A DNA stretch of 64,000 nucleotides, from assembly GCA_964021805.1 (NCBI GenBank), contig CAXHZP010000008.1, positions 917 through 64,916 on the forward strand, read 5' to 3'. Below are positions 31,852 through 42,317 of the stretch, piece after piece. Made by a program: the position numbers and the translations under genes. The stretch's first letter is position 1, and each line of letters begins with the position of its first letter. Under the pieces are notes generated by a model that saw nothing but the letters and a program-made list of their open reading frames with translations, did no database searches and was not told the DNA's origin. This DNA comes from an uncultured Flavobacterium sp. GTDB lineage: Bacteria; Bacteroidota; Bacteroidia; Flavobacteriales; Flavobacteriaceae.

Positions 31852-33399
31852 ATGACTAAATCTCAAAAAGATAATTTATTTCAATTAGTTAAATCGCTTT
31901 CGAAATCTGAAAAAAGACAATTTAAATTGTATGTAGGGAGATTGGGGGTAAATACTGATTCTAAGTTTTTAAATTTATTCAATTTTTTAGACAAGGCGAT
32001 TACATATAATGAAATTTCTATTTTAGAAAAGGCCGGAATAAAAAAACAGCAATTAGCAAATGTTAAAGCACACTTATATAAGCAAATTCTAATAAGTTTA
32101 AAATTGAGTCCATCACATCAAAATGTTCGTTCTCAAATTAGAGAGCAACTAGATTTTGCCTCAATTTTATACCACAAAGGATTGTATAAACAAAGTCTTA
32201 AAATTCTTGAAAAAGCTAAAGAGTTTGCTATTTTAAATGAAGAAAAAAATCTTGCATACGAAGTTGTTGAATTAGAAAAGGTTATTGAATCTCAGTATAT
32301 TACCAGAAGTATAAGTAATAGAGCTGATGAACTAACAATTCAAGCCAAAGAGTTAAGTGCTTTAAACGTGGTTGCTAGTAAATTATCTAATTTATCACTT
32401 CAACTTTACAGTATAATTTTAAAATCTGGGTACGTTAAAAACAAAGAAGAGAATAGTTATATCAAAAATTATTTTTACAAAAGATTGCCAAAATATGATA
32501 TAAGTCAATTGGGTTTTAGAGAAAAATTATGGTTATATAAAGCTTACTTATGGTATAGTTTTTTAACTCAAGATTTTTTAAATTGTTATAAGTACGCATC
32601 AAAATGGGTGACTTTGTTTTACGAGAACCCAATAATGATTAACTCACATCCAGTATTTTTTTTAAAAGGGAATAATTATTTATTAGAATCTCTTTTTTTT
32701 ATAAGAAGAAAAAAACGTTTTGAAAAAACACTTTTAAGTTTAGAGAAAATTATAACTAGTGATGGATTCCCCAAAGATAACAATATTGAGGCTCTAAGTT
32801 TTTTGTACATAAATCTTCACAAAATAAATTTATATTTTACAGATGGAAACTTTGATGAGGGTTTAAAAATTATTCCCAAAATTGATTCACAATTGGTTTT
32901 ATTTAATAATAGAATAGATGAACACCATGTGATGACCTTCTACTACAAATTTGCAAGCATGTATTTTGGTTCAGGAGATAATGATACCTGTATCTTTTAT
33001 TTAGATAAAATTATTTCGAATAAATCATTATCCATGAGGCAAGACTTGTTGTGTTTTTCCAGGATCTTAAACTTATTTGCACATTACGAGGCTGGATACG
33101 ATTATCATATTGATACTTTACTTAAAAGTACTTATAAGTTTTTACTTAAAATGAATGATTTACATGAGGTTCAAAAAGAAATGATTAAGTTTATTAAAAG
33201 CCTTCAAAATATTTATCCGCAAGACATTAAAAAGGCGTTTATAAAATTACATTCAAAACTAAAAACTTTTGAAGATGACCCATATGAGAGTAGAGCTTTC
33301 TTATATCTAGATATTATCTCCTGGTTAGAAAGTAATATTCAAAATAAACCCATAGGAGAAATCATAAAAAATAAATATTCCCTAAATATTGATAGGTGA
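31852..33399 (+). CDS. Conserved Bacteroidota hypothetical protein (predicted all-alpha, TPR-like)
   Basis: 515-aa ORF beginning LFQLVKSLSKSEKRQFKLY; amphipathic helical repeats; no signal peptide. Confidence 0.75.
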   Translation: MTKSQKDNLFQLVKSLSKSEKRQFKLYVGRLGVNTDSKFLNLFNFLDKAITYNEISILEKAGIKKQQLANVKAHLYKQILISLKLSPSHQNVRSQIREQLDFASILYHKGLYKQSLKILEKAKEFAILNEEKNLAYEVVELEKVIESQYITRSISNRADELTIQAKELSALNVVASKLSNLSLQLYSIILKSGYVKNKEENSYIKNYFYKRLPKYDISQLGFREKLWLYKAYLWYSFLTQDFLNCYKYASKWVTLFYENPIMINSHPVFFLKGNNYLLESLFFIRRKKRFEKTLLSLEKIITSDGFPKDNNIEALSFLYINLHKINLYFTDGNFDEGLKIIPKIDSQLVLFNNRIDEHHVMTFYYKFASMYFGSGDNDTCIFYLDKIISNKSLSMRQDLLCFSRILNLFAHYEAGYDYHIDTLLKSTYKFLLKMNDLHEVQKEMIKFIKSLQNIYPQDIKKAFIKLHSKLKTFEDDPYESRAFLYLDIISWLESNIQNKPIGEIIKNKYSLNIDR

Positions 33400-33464
33400 T
33401 TTTATCAGATTCATAAAAGTACTCTGTAAAACTACTTTTTTTTTTCTCAACTAAATTTAAGTTA

Positions 33465-33472
33465 TACATTTG
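33465..33472 (+). promoter_or_regulatory. -7 promoter element TACATTTG for the thr leader/thrABC
   Basis: Perfect TAnnTTTG; ends 4 nt before GTG 33477. Confidence 0.6.
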
Positions 33473-33476
33473 ATCT

Positions 33477-33572
33477 GTGATACAAACTATAGGATATATA
33501 ACTAATACACTACAAAACAATAAAATAGTCAATTTATTTGTGATTATTTTCATTTCTACTATTACCCTTTAG
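33477..33572 (+). CDS. Putative thr operon leader peptide MIQTIGYITNTLQNNKIVNLFVIIFISTITL (31 aa, GTG start)
   Basis: Manual translation; 8 Ile + 5 Thr, clustered as IIFISTIT before the stop; upstream of thrA. Confidence 0.6.
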   Translation: MIQTIGYITNTLQNNKIVNLFVIIFISTITL

Positions 33573-33586
33573 GGGTATATTTTTTT
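33563..33586 (+). terminator. Terminator-like hairpin overlapping the thr leader stop
   Basis: TACCCT-tta-GGGGTA followed by TA and T7. Confidence 0.5.
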
Positions 33587-33662
33587 CATATAAAACAGGT
33601 TAATAATTCGAATTTCGATAGCATCGAAAAATCTATATAAATTTTCTCAAAACTTTTATAAA

Positions 33663-36104
33663 ATGAAAGTATTAAAGTTTGGTGGTTCATCAGTCGCCAA
33701 TTCAAAAAACATAGAAAAAGTAATAAATATTGTAGCTAATTCATCTGCAGAACAAAGTGTGGTAGTTGTAGTTTCGGCTTTTGGTAAAACAACAAATGCC
33801 CTAATTAAAGGGGCTACATTGGCAGCGCAAAAGAATGAAGAATATCTTAAAATTCTAAAAGAATTAGAAGATCATCATTTTAAGGTTGTTAAAGACTTGA
33901 TACCAATAAAACGTCAAACCCAAGTAAATAGCCGTATTAAACAATTGTTTAATCAGTTAGAAACTATATACGAAGGTTGTTTTTTACTCAGAGAATTAAG
34001 TCCAAAAACGTTGGCAAAGGTTTCAAGTTTTGGTGAATTGCTATCCTCTTTCATCATTGCAAAAGCTGCTAACGAAAATTTTGCTACAGTTTATAAAGAT
34101 AGTCGAGAATTAATTGTTGGATCAGATAATTATAACAATGCTGTTGTTGATTTTCCTGCTACATTTAAAAATTGTAAAGAATATTTTTCTAACAAATCAC
34201 AGAAAGTGACTATTCTTCCAGGTTTTGTAGCTAGAACCATTCATGGAAAAACAACCACTCTTGGAAGAGGAGGGTCAGATTTCACAGCATCAATCATCTC
34301 TGCTGCATTAAATGCTTCGGAATTACAAATTTGGACAGATGTAAGTGGTATGTTTACCGCTAACCCATCTATTGTAAAACAAGCATCTGTAATTGATCAC
34401 ATATCTTATCATGAAGCTATGGAATTATCTCATTTTGGAGCAAAAGTAATTTATCCACCCACTATTCAACCAGTTTTAAGTAAAGAGATTCCTATAGTTA
34501 TAAAAAATACATTTCAACCAGAAGATTCAGGTACTTTAATTACCAAAGAAACAAGTATAAATAAACCAGTAAAAGGGATTAGTCACATAGAGGATATCTC
34601 TTTAGTAACTCTTGAAGGTAATGGCATGGTTGGTGTTCCTGGTTTTTCTAAACGTTTATTTGAAGTACTTTACTTACATCAAATTAATATTATTTTAATT
34701 ACTCAGGCTTCTTCAGAATTATCTATATGTCTTGCAATTTCTGACGATGACGCTTCTAAAGCAAAAACTATTATTGATGAGATCTTTGAATATGAAATTA
34801 AATTGCAAAAGGTAAAACCCGTTAAAATTGAAAAACAGTTGTGTATTATAGCCTTAGTTGGAGATAACATGAGAAATTATCATGGGTTAAGTGGTAAAAT
34901 GTTTAGTGCTTTAGGTAAGAACAACATAAATATTCGAGCAATAGCTCAAGGTGCATCAGAAAAAAATATTTCTGCTGTAATAGATAAGCTAGAAGCAAAA
35001 AAAGCTTTAAATACACTACATGAGCGTTTCTTTGAAGAAAGAGTTAAAGAATTAAATCTTTTTGTTACAGGAGTAGGTAATGTAGGAGAGAGATTTTTAG
35101 CTCAAATAAATCAACAAAAAAAATATATTAAAGAAAATTTAAAGTTAAAGATTAGAGTGATAGGTATTTCTAATTCTAGACAAATGTTTTTTGACGAAAA
35201 TGGTGTAGATTTATCTAATTGGAAAGAACTTTTAAACAATGGAGAAAAGGCAGGGATTGACACTTATTTTTCTAGAGTTTCACAGCTAAACCTAAGAAAC
35301 AGTATTTTTATTGATATTACTGCCAATCAACATGTTTCAGAGATGTATGAAACCTATTTACGTCAAAATATTGCAGTGGTAACTTGCAATAAAATTGCCT
35401 GTGCTTCTAGTTCTGAAAACTACAATACTTTGAAAAATGTTTCTCGAAAATCAAATGTTTCTTTTCTTTATGAAACTAATGTTGGAGCTGGCTTGCCTAT
35501 TATTGATACGCTTAAGAACTTAATTGCCTCAGGAGATAGAGTTCATAGAATTCAAGCAGTACTCTCTGGAAGCTTAAATTTTGTATTCAATAAGTTTGAT
35601 GCATCAACAACTTTTTCTTCAGTAGTAAAACAAGCCGCTACTGAAGGATATACCGAACCAGATCCAAAAATAGACCTTAGCGGTATTGATGTGGCTAGAA
35701 AAATTTTAATTTTAGCCAGAGAAAGTGGTTTTGATTTAGAATTAGAAGATATAGAAAACAATTCATTTTTATCAAAAGAAAGTCTTGATACTAAAAATAA
35801 TGCTGATTTTTATCTTTCATTAGAGAAAGATGAATCTCAATTTCAACAGTTATTTTTGGAATCAGAAGCAAAGAACTGTCGTTTAAAGTATGTGGCAGAG
35901 TTTAAAGATGGAAAAGCTAACGTTGGTTTGCAAGAAATTGATTCTTCTCACTCATTTTACGATTTAGAGGGTAGCGACAATATTGTGTTATTTTATACAG
36001 ACAGGTATTCTGAGCAACCTTTAATTATAAAAGGAGCTGGTGCTGGAGCGGATGTTACAGCTTCTGGTATATTTGCAGATGTTATTAGAACAGGAAACTT
36101 GTAG
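33663..36104 (+). CDS. thrA: Bifunctional aspartokinase/homoserine dehydrogenase
   Basis: VLKFGGSSV, LGRGGSD, two ACT domains, GVGNVG, YETNVGAGLP, GAGADVTA. Confidence 0.98.
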   Translation: MKVLKFGGSSVANSKNIEKVINIVANSSAEQSVVVVVSAFGKTTNALIKGATLAAQKNEEYLKILKELEDHHFKVVKDLIPIKRQTQVNSRIKQLFNQLETIYEGCFLLRELSPKTLAKVSSFGELLSSFIIAKAANENFATVYKDSRELIVGSDNYNNAVVDFPATFKNCKEYFSNKSQKVTILPGFVARTIHGKTTTLGRGGSDFTASIISAALNASELQIWTDVSGMFTANPSIVKQASVIDHISYHEAMELSHFGAKVIYPPTIQPVLSKEIPIVIKNTFQPEDSGTLITKETSINKPVKGISHIEDISLVTLEGNGMVGVPGFSKRLFEVLYLHQINIILITQASSELSICLAISDDDASKAKTIIDEIFEYEIKLQKVKPVKIEKQLCIIALVGDNMRNYHGLSGKMFSALGKNNINIRAIAQGASEKNISAVIDKLEAKKALNTLHERFFEERVKELNLFVTGVGNVGERFLAQINQQKKYIKENLKLKIRVIGISNSRQMFFDENGVDLSNWKELLNNGEKAGIDTYFSRVSQLNLRNSIFIDITANQHVSEMYETYLRQNIAVVTCNKIACASSSENYNTLKNVSRKSNVSFLYETNVGAGLPIIDTLKNLIASGDRVHRIQAVLSGSLNFVFNKFDASTTFSSVVKQAATEGYTEPDPKIDLSGIDVARKILILARESGFDLELEDIENNSFLSKESLDTKNNADFYLSLEKDESQFQQLFLESEAKNCRLKYVAEFKDGKANVGLQEIDSSHSFYDLEGSDNIVLFYTDRYSEQPLIIKGAGAGADVTASGIFADVIRTGNL

Positions 36105-36134
36105 GGTATATGAAACTAATTAGAAAATTTTAAG

Positions 36135-37055
36135 ATGAAAGAAATTAAAATATTTACACCAGCTACAGTAGCTAATATCTCATGTGGTTTTGATATTCTT
36201 GGTCTTTGTTTAGATACTGTTGGAGATGAAATGATTGTTAGAGAGGTTCCTGAAAAAGGAATAAAGTTAACCAAAATCACAGGTCAGAAACTGCCATTAG
36301 AAACACATAAAAATGTTGCTGGTGTTGCAGGTTTAGCATTACTTGAACAGGTAGATGCACCTGTTGGTTTCGAAATAGAAATATATAAAAAAATAAAACC
36401 AGGTAGTGGAATAGGTAGTAGTGCTGCAAGTGCAGCTGGTGCCGTATTTGCAATTAATGAATTATTAGGGAAGCCATTTTCTAAACAAGAGTTAATTTAT
36501 TTTGCTATGCAAGGAGAAAAATTAGCTAGTGGTACTGAACATGCAGATAATGTATCACCAGTAATTCTTGGAGGCTTTACCTTGGTTAGAAGTTATGAAC
36601 CACTAGATGTTTTAAAAATTAATTCTCCTGATGATTTATACGTGACTATTATTCATCCTCAAATAGAAGTGAAAACATCAGATTCAAGGGCTGTTTTAAA
36701 AAATCAAGTATCACTAAAAAAAATGGTGACTCAAATGGGTAATTTTGGTGGTTTAATTAGTGGATTATACACTAATAATTATGATTTAATAGGAAGATCT
36801 TTGCATGATAAAATTATAGAACCTAATCGTTTAGTTTTAATTCCAGAATTTGATAAAGTTAAAAGAGGTGTTCTGCAAGCAGGTGCTTTAGGTGCTGGTA
36901 TTTCTGGTTCAGGACCTTCCATTTTTGCACTAAGTAAAGGAGAGGAAACTGCTAAGTTTGTTGGTAAAACGATGGCAGAAATTTACAACAACACAGACAT
37001 AGATTATGATATTCATGTATCAAAAATTAACCAACAAGGAATTAAAATTTTATAA
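36135..37055 (+). CDS. thrB: Homoserine kinase
   Basis: PATVANISCGFD, GHMP motif PGSGIGSSAAS, HADNV, ISGSGP. Confidence 0.97.
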   Translation: MKEIKIFTPATVANISCGFDILGLCLDTVGDEMIVREVPEKGIKLTKITGQKLPLETHKNVAGVAGLALLEQVDAPVGFEIEIYKKIKPGSGIGSSAASAAGAVFAINELLGKPFSKQELIYFAMQGEKLASGTEHADNVSPVILGGFTLVRSYEPLDVLKINSPDDLYVTIIHPQIEVKTSDSRAVLKNQVSLKKMVTQMGNFGGLISGLYTNNYDLIGRSLHDKIIEPNRLVLIPEFDKVKRGVLQAGALGAGISGSGPSIFALSKGEETAKFVGKTMAEIYNNTDIDYDIHVSKINQQGIKIL

Positions 37056-37061
37056 ACAAGT

Positions 37062-38345
37062 ATGAGATATTATAGTTTAAATAATTCATCACCTTTGACC
37101 TCTTTCAAAAAGGCAGTTCAAAATGGAATCGCACCAGATAGAGGATTGTATTTCCCTGAAGAAATTATTCCAATTTCTGAAGACTTTATAAATAATATTA
37201 GAGACTATTCTAATGAAGAAATTGCATATGAGGTTATCAAACAATTTATTGGAGATGAAATTCCGGCTAATATCCTTAAAGAGATTATCAAAAAAACTAT
37301 TTCTTTTGATTTTCCTGTTGTTAATTTAGATCAAAATATTGGTTCTTTAGAATTATTTCATGGTCCTACGATGGCTTTTAAGGATGTGGGTGCAAGATTT
37401 ATGTCTCAATGTTTAGAATATTTTAATCGTGGTAAAACGGAAGATATTACTGTATTGGTTGCAACCTCTGGAGACACTGGTGGTGCTGTTGCTAACGGAT
37501 TTTTGAATGCAAAAGGAGTTCAAGTAGTGATTTTGTATCCTAAAGGGAAGGTGAGTGAAATTCAAGAAAAACAACTAACTACTTTAGGAAATAATATTAC
37601 TGCTCTTGAAGTAGACGGAGTATTTGATGATTGCCAAGAAATGGTGAAATCGGCATTCTTGGATAAAAATATTTCTAGAAATTTAACATCAGCAAATTCT
37701 ATAAATGTAGCTAGATGGTTACCTCAAATGTTTTATTTTTTCTTTGCCTATAAGCAAGTTAGCAAACAATATAAAGATATTGTATTCTCTGTTCCTAGCG
37801 GAAATTTTGGAAATATTTGTGCTGGTTTGTTAGCTCAAAAATTAGGATTACCCATAAAGCATTTTATAGCTTCAACAAATATAAATGATACCGTTCCTCA
37901 ATATTTATTAAATGGGAATTATGACCCAAAACCATCAAAAGCTACTATTTCAAATGCTATGGATGTTGGTAATCCAAGTAACTTTATTAGAATTCAAGAA
38001 TTATTTGATAATAACTTGTCTAGCTTAAAAAAATCTTTTTCTTCTTATAGTTTTTCAGATGATGAAACTAAAATAATGATGAAGAGCATATATGATAAAT
38101 TTAATTATATTTCTGAACCACATGGTGCAATTGGTTATCTAGGTTTACAAAAACATGGTCTAGAAACAAATGAGTTTGGTGTTTTTTTAGAAACTGCGCA
38201 TCCAGTTAAGTTTTTAGATATTGTAGAAGAAACTCTTTCAGTTGATGTAGAAATTCCTTACCAAATTAGGCAAGTTATGAGTAAAGAAAAAGTTGCAACA
38301 TCTGTTTCTAATTATCAAGAGTTGAAAAATTTCCTCAGCAAATAG
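37062..38345 (+). CDS. thrC: Threonine synthase
   Basis: FHGPTMAFKD, ATSGDTG, SANSINVAR, VPSGNFGN, TAHPVKF. Confidence 0.97.
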   Translation: MRYYSLNNSSPLTSFKKAVQNGIAPDRGLYFPEEIIPISEDFINNIRDYSNEEIAYEVIKQFIGDEIPANILKEIIKKTISFDFPVVNLDQNIGSLELFHGPTMAFKDVGARFMSQCLEYFNRGKTEDITVLVATSGDTGGAVANGFLNAKGVQVVILYPKGKVSEIQEKQLTTLGNNITALEVDGVFDDCQEMVKSAFLDKNISRNLTSANSINVARWLPQMFYFFFAYKQVSKQYKDIVFSVPSGNFGNICAGLLAQKLGLPIKHFIASTNINDTVPQYLLNGNYDPKPSKATISNAMDVGNPSNFIRIQELFDNNLSSLKKSFSSYSFSDDETKIMMKSIYDKFNYISEPHGAIGYLGLQKHGLETNEFGVFLETAHPVKFLDIVEETLSVDVEIPYQIRQVMSKEKVATSVSNYQELKNFLSK

Positions 38346-38499
38346 TGTTTTTTTACTTAAATCTTTTATTCAACTCATTTTTTTTAATCGTTACATTTAT
38401 GCAATTCATCGATACTTTTAAGTTATTGGACGCTTAAAATAATTAATTTATATTTGTTCTTTATAATATTGTAATATAAGTTTCCCTAAATTTATAAAT

Positions 38500-38919
38500 A
38501 TGAAAAAGGTTTTAAGCATATTATTGGTTGAAGATAATATGATTGAAATTATGAAAATAAGAAGAACGATTACTTTATTAGATCTTCATCATAAAGTAAT
38601 TGAGGCAAAAAATGCCGAAAAAGCTTTATCACTTCTTGAATCTAAAGCTGTTTTTCCAGATGTTATCTTACTAGACTTAAACATGCCAAAAATAAGTGGC
38701 ATTGATTTCTTATCTATTCTTAAAAAGAACAGTAACTATTGTTATATTCCTGTGATTATTCTTACAACCTCTAACAATCAAAAAGATGTATTAGAATGCT
38801 ATAGATTAGGAATTTCTGGTTACATTTTGAAGCCTCTAAAGTATGATGATTATGTTGAGAAAATAAAAGCTACTTTAAATTACTGGACTCATAATGAATT
38901 TATTTTTTCTAATACATGA
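38500..38919 (+). CDS. Single-domain response regulator (Rcp1-like receiver)
   Basis: LLVEDN, LLDLNMP, LTTS, YILKP. Confidence 0.93.
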   Translation: MKKVLSILLVEDNMIEIMKIRRTITLLDLHHKVIEAKNAEKALSLLESKAVFPDVILLDLNMPKISGIDFLSILKKNSNYCYIPVIILTTSNNQKDVLECYRLGISGYILKPLKYDDYVEKIKATLNYWTHNEFIFSNT

Positions 38920-39467
38920 AAGGCATTGTATTTACTGAGTTTCTTGATTTAATAGAGAATAAATTTGGTTTAGAAATGGTTGATAAGATAATTTCACAAT
39001 CAAAACTTGAATCTAAAGGAAGTTATACCTCTATTGGTACTTATAGTTTCTCAGAGATGTTACAATTACTTCATAATCTCGAGCTACAGACGGGTATATC
39101 TAAAGATAATTTACTGTTAATTTATGGAGAGTATTTTTTTAATGTTATAAAAACTAATTATACAGACCTTTTATCATCATTTAAAGATCCAATAGAGATG
39201 CTAGCTTCTATAGAAAATCATATACATGTAGAAGTTAAGAAAATTTATAATGATGCTGAATTACCTACTTTTATAGTAGAGAAAAAAACAGAAAATTCAT
39301 TAATTATGATCTATAAGTCTAGTAGATCTATGCATCATTTTGGATTAGGTTTAATGAACAAAACCTTTGAACATTTTAATTCTAAAGCCACTATTATCCT
39401 TGATAAGATTAAAAATGATGGCTCGGAGGTTAAGTTTATTATTAAGAAATTAAATGAGTCAAGCTAA
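38916..39467 (+). CDS. Heme NO-binding (H-NOX/HNOB) domain protein
   Basis: MKGIVF start, proximal His in HIHVEV, ELPTF, YxSxR motif (YKSSR). Confidence 0.93.
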   Translation: MKGIVFTEFLDLIENKFGLEMVDKIISQSKLESKGSYTSIGTYSFSEMLQLLHNLELQTGISKDNLLLIYGEYFFNVIKTNYTDLLSSFKDPIEMLASIENHIHVEVKKIYNDAELPTFIVEKKTENSLIMIYKSSRSMHHFGLGLMNKTFEHFNSKATIILDKIKNDGSEVKFIIKKLNESS

Positions 39468-42315
39468 AATTGACATACTTCAAAGAGCTCTAGAAAGAGA
39501 AAAAGCTGCAAGAAAATCTGCTGAAGAAATTCTTGATGAAAAATCTAGGCACTTATATTTTCTATCTGAAAAACTAAAGAAAACTAATCTTAAGTTGGAG
39601 GGGCTTTTAGATGAAAAATCTAGTCAGTTGCAAGGAGTTTTTAAAAACATTAATGATGCTTATTTAGTTATTGATTTATCTGGGAATGTTTTAAAAATGA
39701 ATGATATTGCAGTGGACCTTTTTGGGTATGATATCAAAAAAGAAAAGTTTAATGTAACTAATTTAATTTATCATAAAGATTATGATTACACATATAAATC
39801 TTTTGACACTCTAAAAACAGAGGGTTATTTTACAAATTTCACCTCTAGAGTAATTACTAAGCTTAAAGAAATAAAATGGGTGCAAATTAATGCCACACTT
39901 ATTTTTGATAAAAATAATATTCCAATAGCTGCTCAAGGTATTATTAGAGATATTACCTCAGAAAAAAAAGCAGAGGATTTATTAATAGATTCAAAAAATA
40001 GACTTTCTTCACTTATTATGAATCTATATAGTGGTGTTTTACTGGAAGATGAAAACAGAAACATTGTATTAACAAACAATCAATTTTGTAAATTATTTAA
40101 AATTAAATTAAAACCCAAAAGTTTGATAGGACTAAATTGTTCTGAAGCCACTTTACATACTAAACACTTATTTAATGATCCGGAAAATTTTGTAACCAGA
40201 GTAGATGAATTATTAAGGGGTAAAAAACAAGTTTTAGGGGATGAACTCATTATGAAAGATGGCACTACCATTGAAAGAGATTATATTCCTATTAAAAAAG
40301 GGAATGAGTATAATGGGCATCTATGGACTTTTAGAGATATTACATTAGGAAAATTACACAATAAAATTTTACAAAGTCAAAAAGAAAAATACAGTAGTAT
40401 TATTGCCAATATGAATCTTGGATTAGTTGAGGTGAATCAGGATGATGAAATTTTAATGATTAATCAATGTTTTTCGGATATGTCTGGATATTCTGAAAAT
40501 GAATTAATTGGGAAAAAAGCGAAAGAAGTTTTTCTTTCAAAACATGATTGGCATTTCTTAACAGAGCAAAACAAAAATCGTATAAACGGTATTTCAGGTT
40601 CTTACGAGTTGAAAGTAAAAAATAAATTAGGTAAAGAAAAAAATTGGTTAATAAGCGGTGCTCCTAATTTAAATCTTAATGGAGATTATTTAGGGTCAAT
40701 AGGTATTCATTTAGATATCACTGAATCTAAACGAAACATAGAACTTATTCAGGAACAAAAAAGTGAATTAGATGTAATTATTAACAATGCACCAGTTGGA
40801 ATAGTTTTAACTCAAGTTGATAAAATTGTAAAAACAAATGCAACTTTTCAAAAGATGCTTGGTTATTCTGATGAAGAGTTTAAGAGCCTTAGAATTAAAA
40901 ATATTTTAATACCGGAAGATTTCAAAGAGGTAAAGAATGGTTTTGATCAAATAAAAACAGGAGAAATTGATACTCTTTCTTTTAGTAAAAGATACAGGAG
41001 AAAAGATGGTTCAGTAATTTGGGCAAAAACAAACATTAATTCAGTAAGAGATAAAGAAGGTAGAATTAAGAATCAAGTTGTATTGGTTGAAGACATTACA
41101 TCAGATAGAGAAAAAACATTGATTATTGATATGGTTAACAACCTAACAAAATCAATATTGGGAATTACAGATGTATACCAAATTGCTTGGGAGATTGTAA
41201 ATAATATTGCAGAATATCTTGACTCTAAAGATTGTATTATTTATTTGGTAGATCATGAACAGAACACCATGGAGCAAATTGCAGTTTATGGTGAAAAGTT
41301 AGATGATGGCAATAAAATAAAAAATAGGTTAATACTTAAAATTGGCGACGGTATTGTTGGCACTGTAGCTAAGACAGCCAAATCTGAAATTGTAAATGAT
41401 ACATCTAAGGATAAAAGATATATTGTAGATGATGAAGTTAGATTATCTGAAATTACTGTTCCTATTTTGAGTCAAGGAAAGGTAATTGGAGTAATAGATT
41501 CTGAACATAAAGATAAAAATTATTTCACTCAAGAGCATGTTAAAACATTAGAAAGTATTGCTAGTCTGGTAGGAATTAAATTACAAACAGCTTTAAATAT
41601 TAGAGAAAGAGAAAAAGCTGAAGCTCAAAACACCCAACTACTTCAGGAGTTGGAGTTAAGTAATAATGAACTCCAAGAATATGCTCATGTGGTATCTCAT
41701 GATCTTAAAACTCCTTTGAGAAGTATAGATGCCTTGGTTTCATGGATTAAAACTGATAATAAAGATAATTTTGACGCTATAACTAAACAAAACTTAGATC
41801 TAATAGGAATTACACTCGAAACTATGGAGCAATTAATTTCTAATGTTTTAGAATATTCAAGTGCTGGATTTAAATCTGAAAACGAGTCTAATATAGACTT
41901 AAATATTCTTATTGATGATATCAAGAAAATTTTATTTATACCTGAAACTACGACAATTAATATTTTAAATAAATTACCAATTATTAAAGGTGAAAAAACT
42001 AAGTTTCAACAACTGTTTTTAAATTTAATAAGTAATGCAATTAAATTTGGAAACAAAGAAAATTGTATTGTAGATATAGATGTTACAGAAAAAAAATTAT
42101 TGTATCAATTTTCAGTTAAAGACAACGGTATAGGAATTGATAAAAAATTTCACAAGAAAATATTTAAAATTTTTCATTTTTTAAATAAAAGTGACAAATC
42201 AACAGGTATAGGTTTATCTATTGTAAAAAAAATCATCAATCTTTATGAAGGTGATATTTGGATAGATAGCGAGCTTGGAAAAGGAACAATATTTTATTTC
42301 ACAATAAAAAAATAA
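39454..42315 (+). CDS. Cytoplasmic multi-PAS + GAF sensor histidine kinase
   Basis: N-terminal coiled coil, four PAS/PAC repeats ending in DIT, GAF (GIVGTVA..DKRY..SEITVPI), SHDLKTPL H-box, NLISNAIKF, DNGIGI, TGIGL. Confidence 0.93.
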   Translation: MSQAKIDILQRALEREKAARKSAEEILDEKSRHLYFLSEKLKKTNLKLEGLLDEKSSQLQGVFKNINDAYLVIDLSGNVLKMNDIAVDLFGYDIKKEKFNVTNLIYHKDYDYTYKSFDTLKTEGYFTNFTSRVITKLKEIKWVQINATLIFDKNNIPIAAQGIIRDITSEKKAEDLLIDSKNRLSSLIMNLYSGVLLEDENRNIVLTNNQFCKLFKIKLKPKSLIGLNCSEATLHTKHLFNDPENFVTRVDELLRGKKQVLGDELIMKDGTTIERDYIPIKKGNEYNGHLWTFRDITLGKLHNKILQSQKEKYSSIIANMNLGLVEVNQDDEILMINQCFSDMSGYSENELIGKKAKEVFLSKHDWHFLTEQNKNRINGISGSYELKVKNKLGKEKNWLISGAPNLNLNGDYLGSIGIHLDITESKRNIELIQEQKSELDVIINNAPVGIVLTQVDKIVKTNATFQKMLGYSDEEFKSLRIKNILIPEDFKEVKNGFDQIKTGEIDTLSFSKRYRRKDGSVIWAKTNINSVRDKEGRIKNQVVLVEDITSDREKTLIIDMVNNLTKSILGITDVYQIAWEIVNNIAEYLDSKDCIIYLVDHEQNTMEQIAVYGEKLDDGNKIKNRLILKIGDGIVGTVAKTAKSEIVNDTSKDKRYIVDDEVRLSEITVPILSQGKVIGVIDSEHKDKNYFTQEHVKTLESIASLVGIKLQTALNIREREKAEAQNTQLLQELELSNNELQEYAHVVSHDLKTPLRSIDALVSWIKTDNKDNFDAITKQNLDLIGITLETMEQLISNVLEYSSAGFKSENESNIDLNILIDDIKKILFIPETTTINILNKLPIIKGEKTKFQQLFLNLISNAIKFGNKENCIVDIDVTEKKLLYQFSVKDNGIGIDKKFHKKIFKIFHFLNKSDKSTGIGLSIVKKIINLYEGDIWIDSELGKGTIFYFTIKK

Positions 42316-42317
42316 GT

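Noticed and set aside
33362-33553. 63-aa minus-strand ORF in the thrA upstream region
   Set aside because: Antisense to the thr leader and overlapping the previous gene; no recognisable motifs.
33563-33577. TACCC…GGGGTA as a copy of the putative nitrogen motif
   Set aside because: Better explained as the thr leader terminator hairpin, given the following T-tract.
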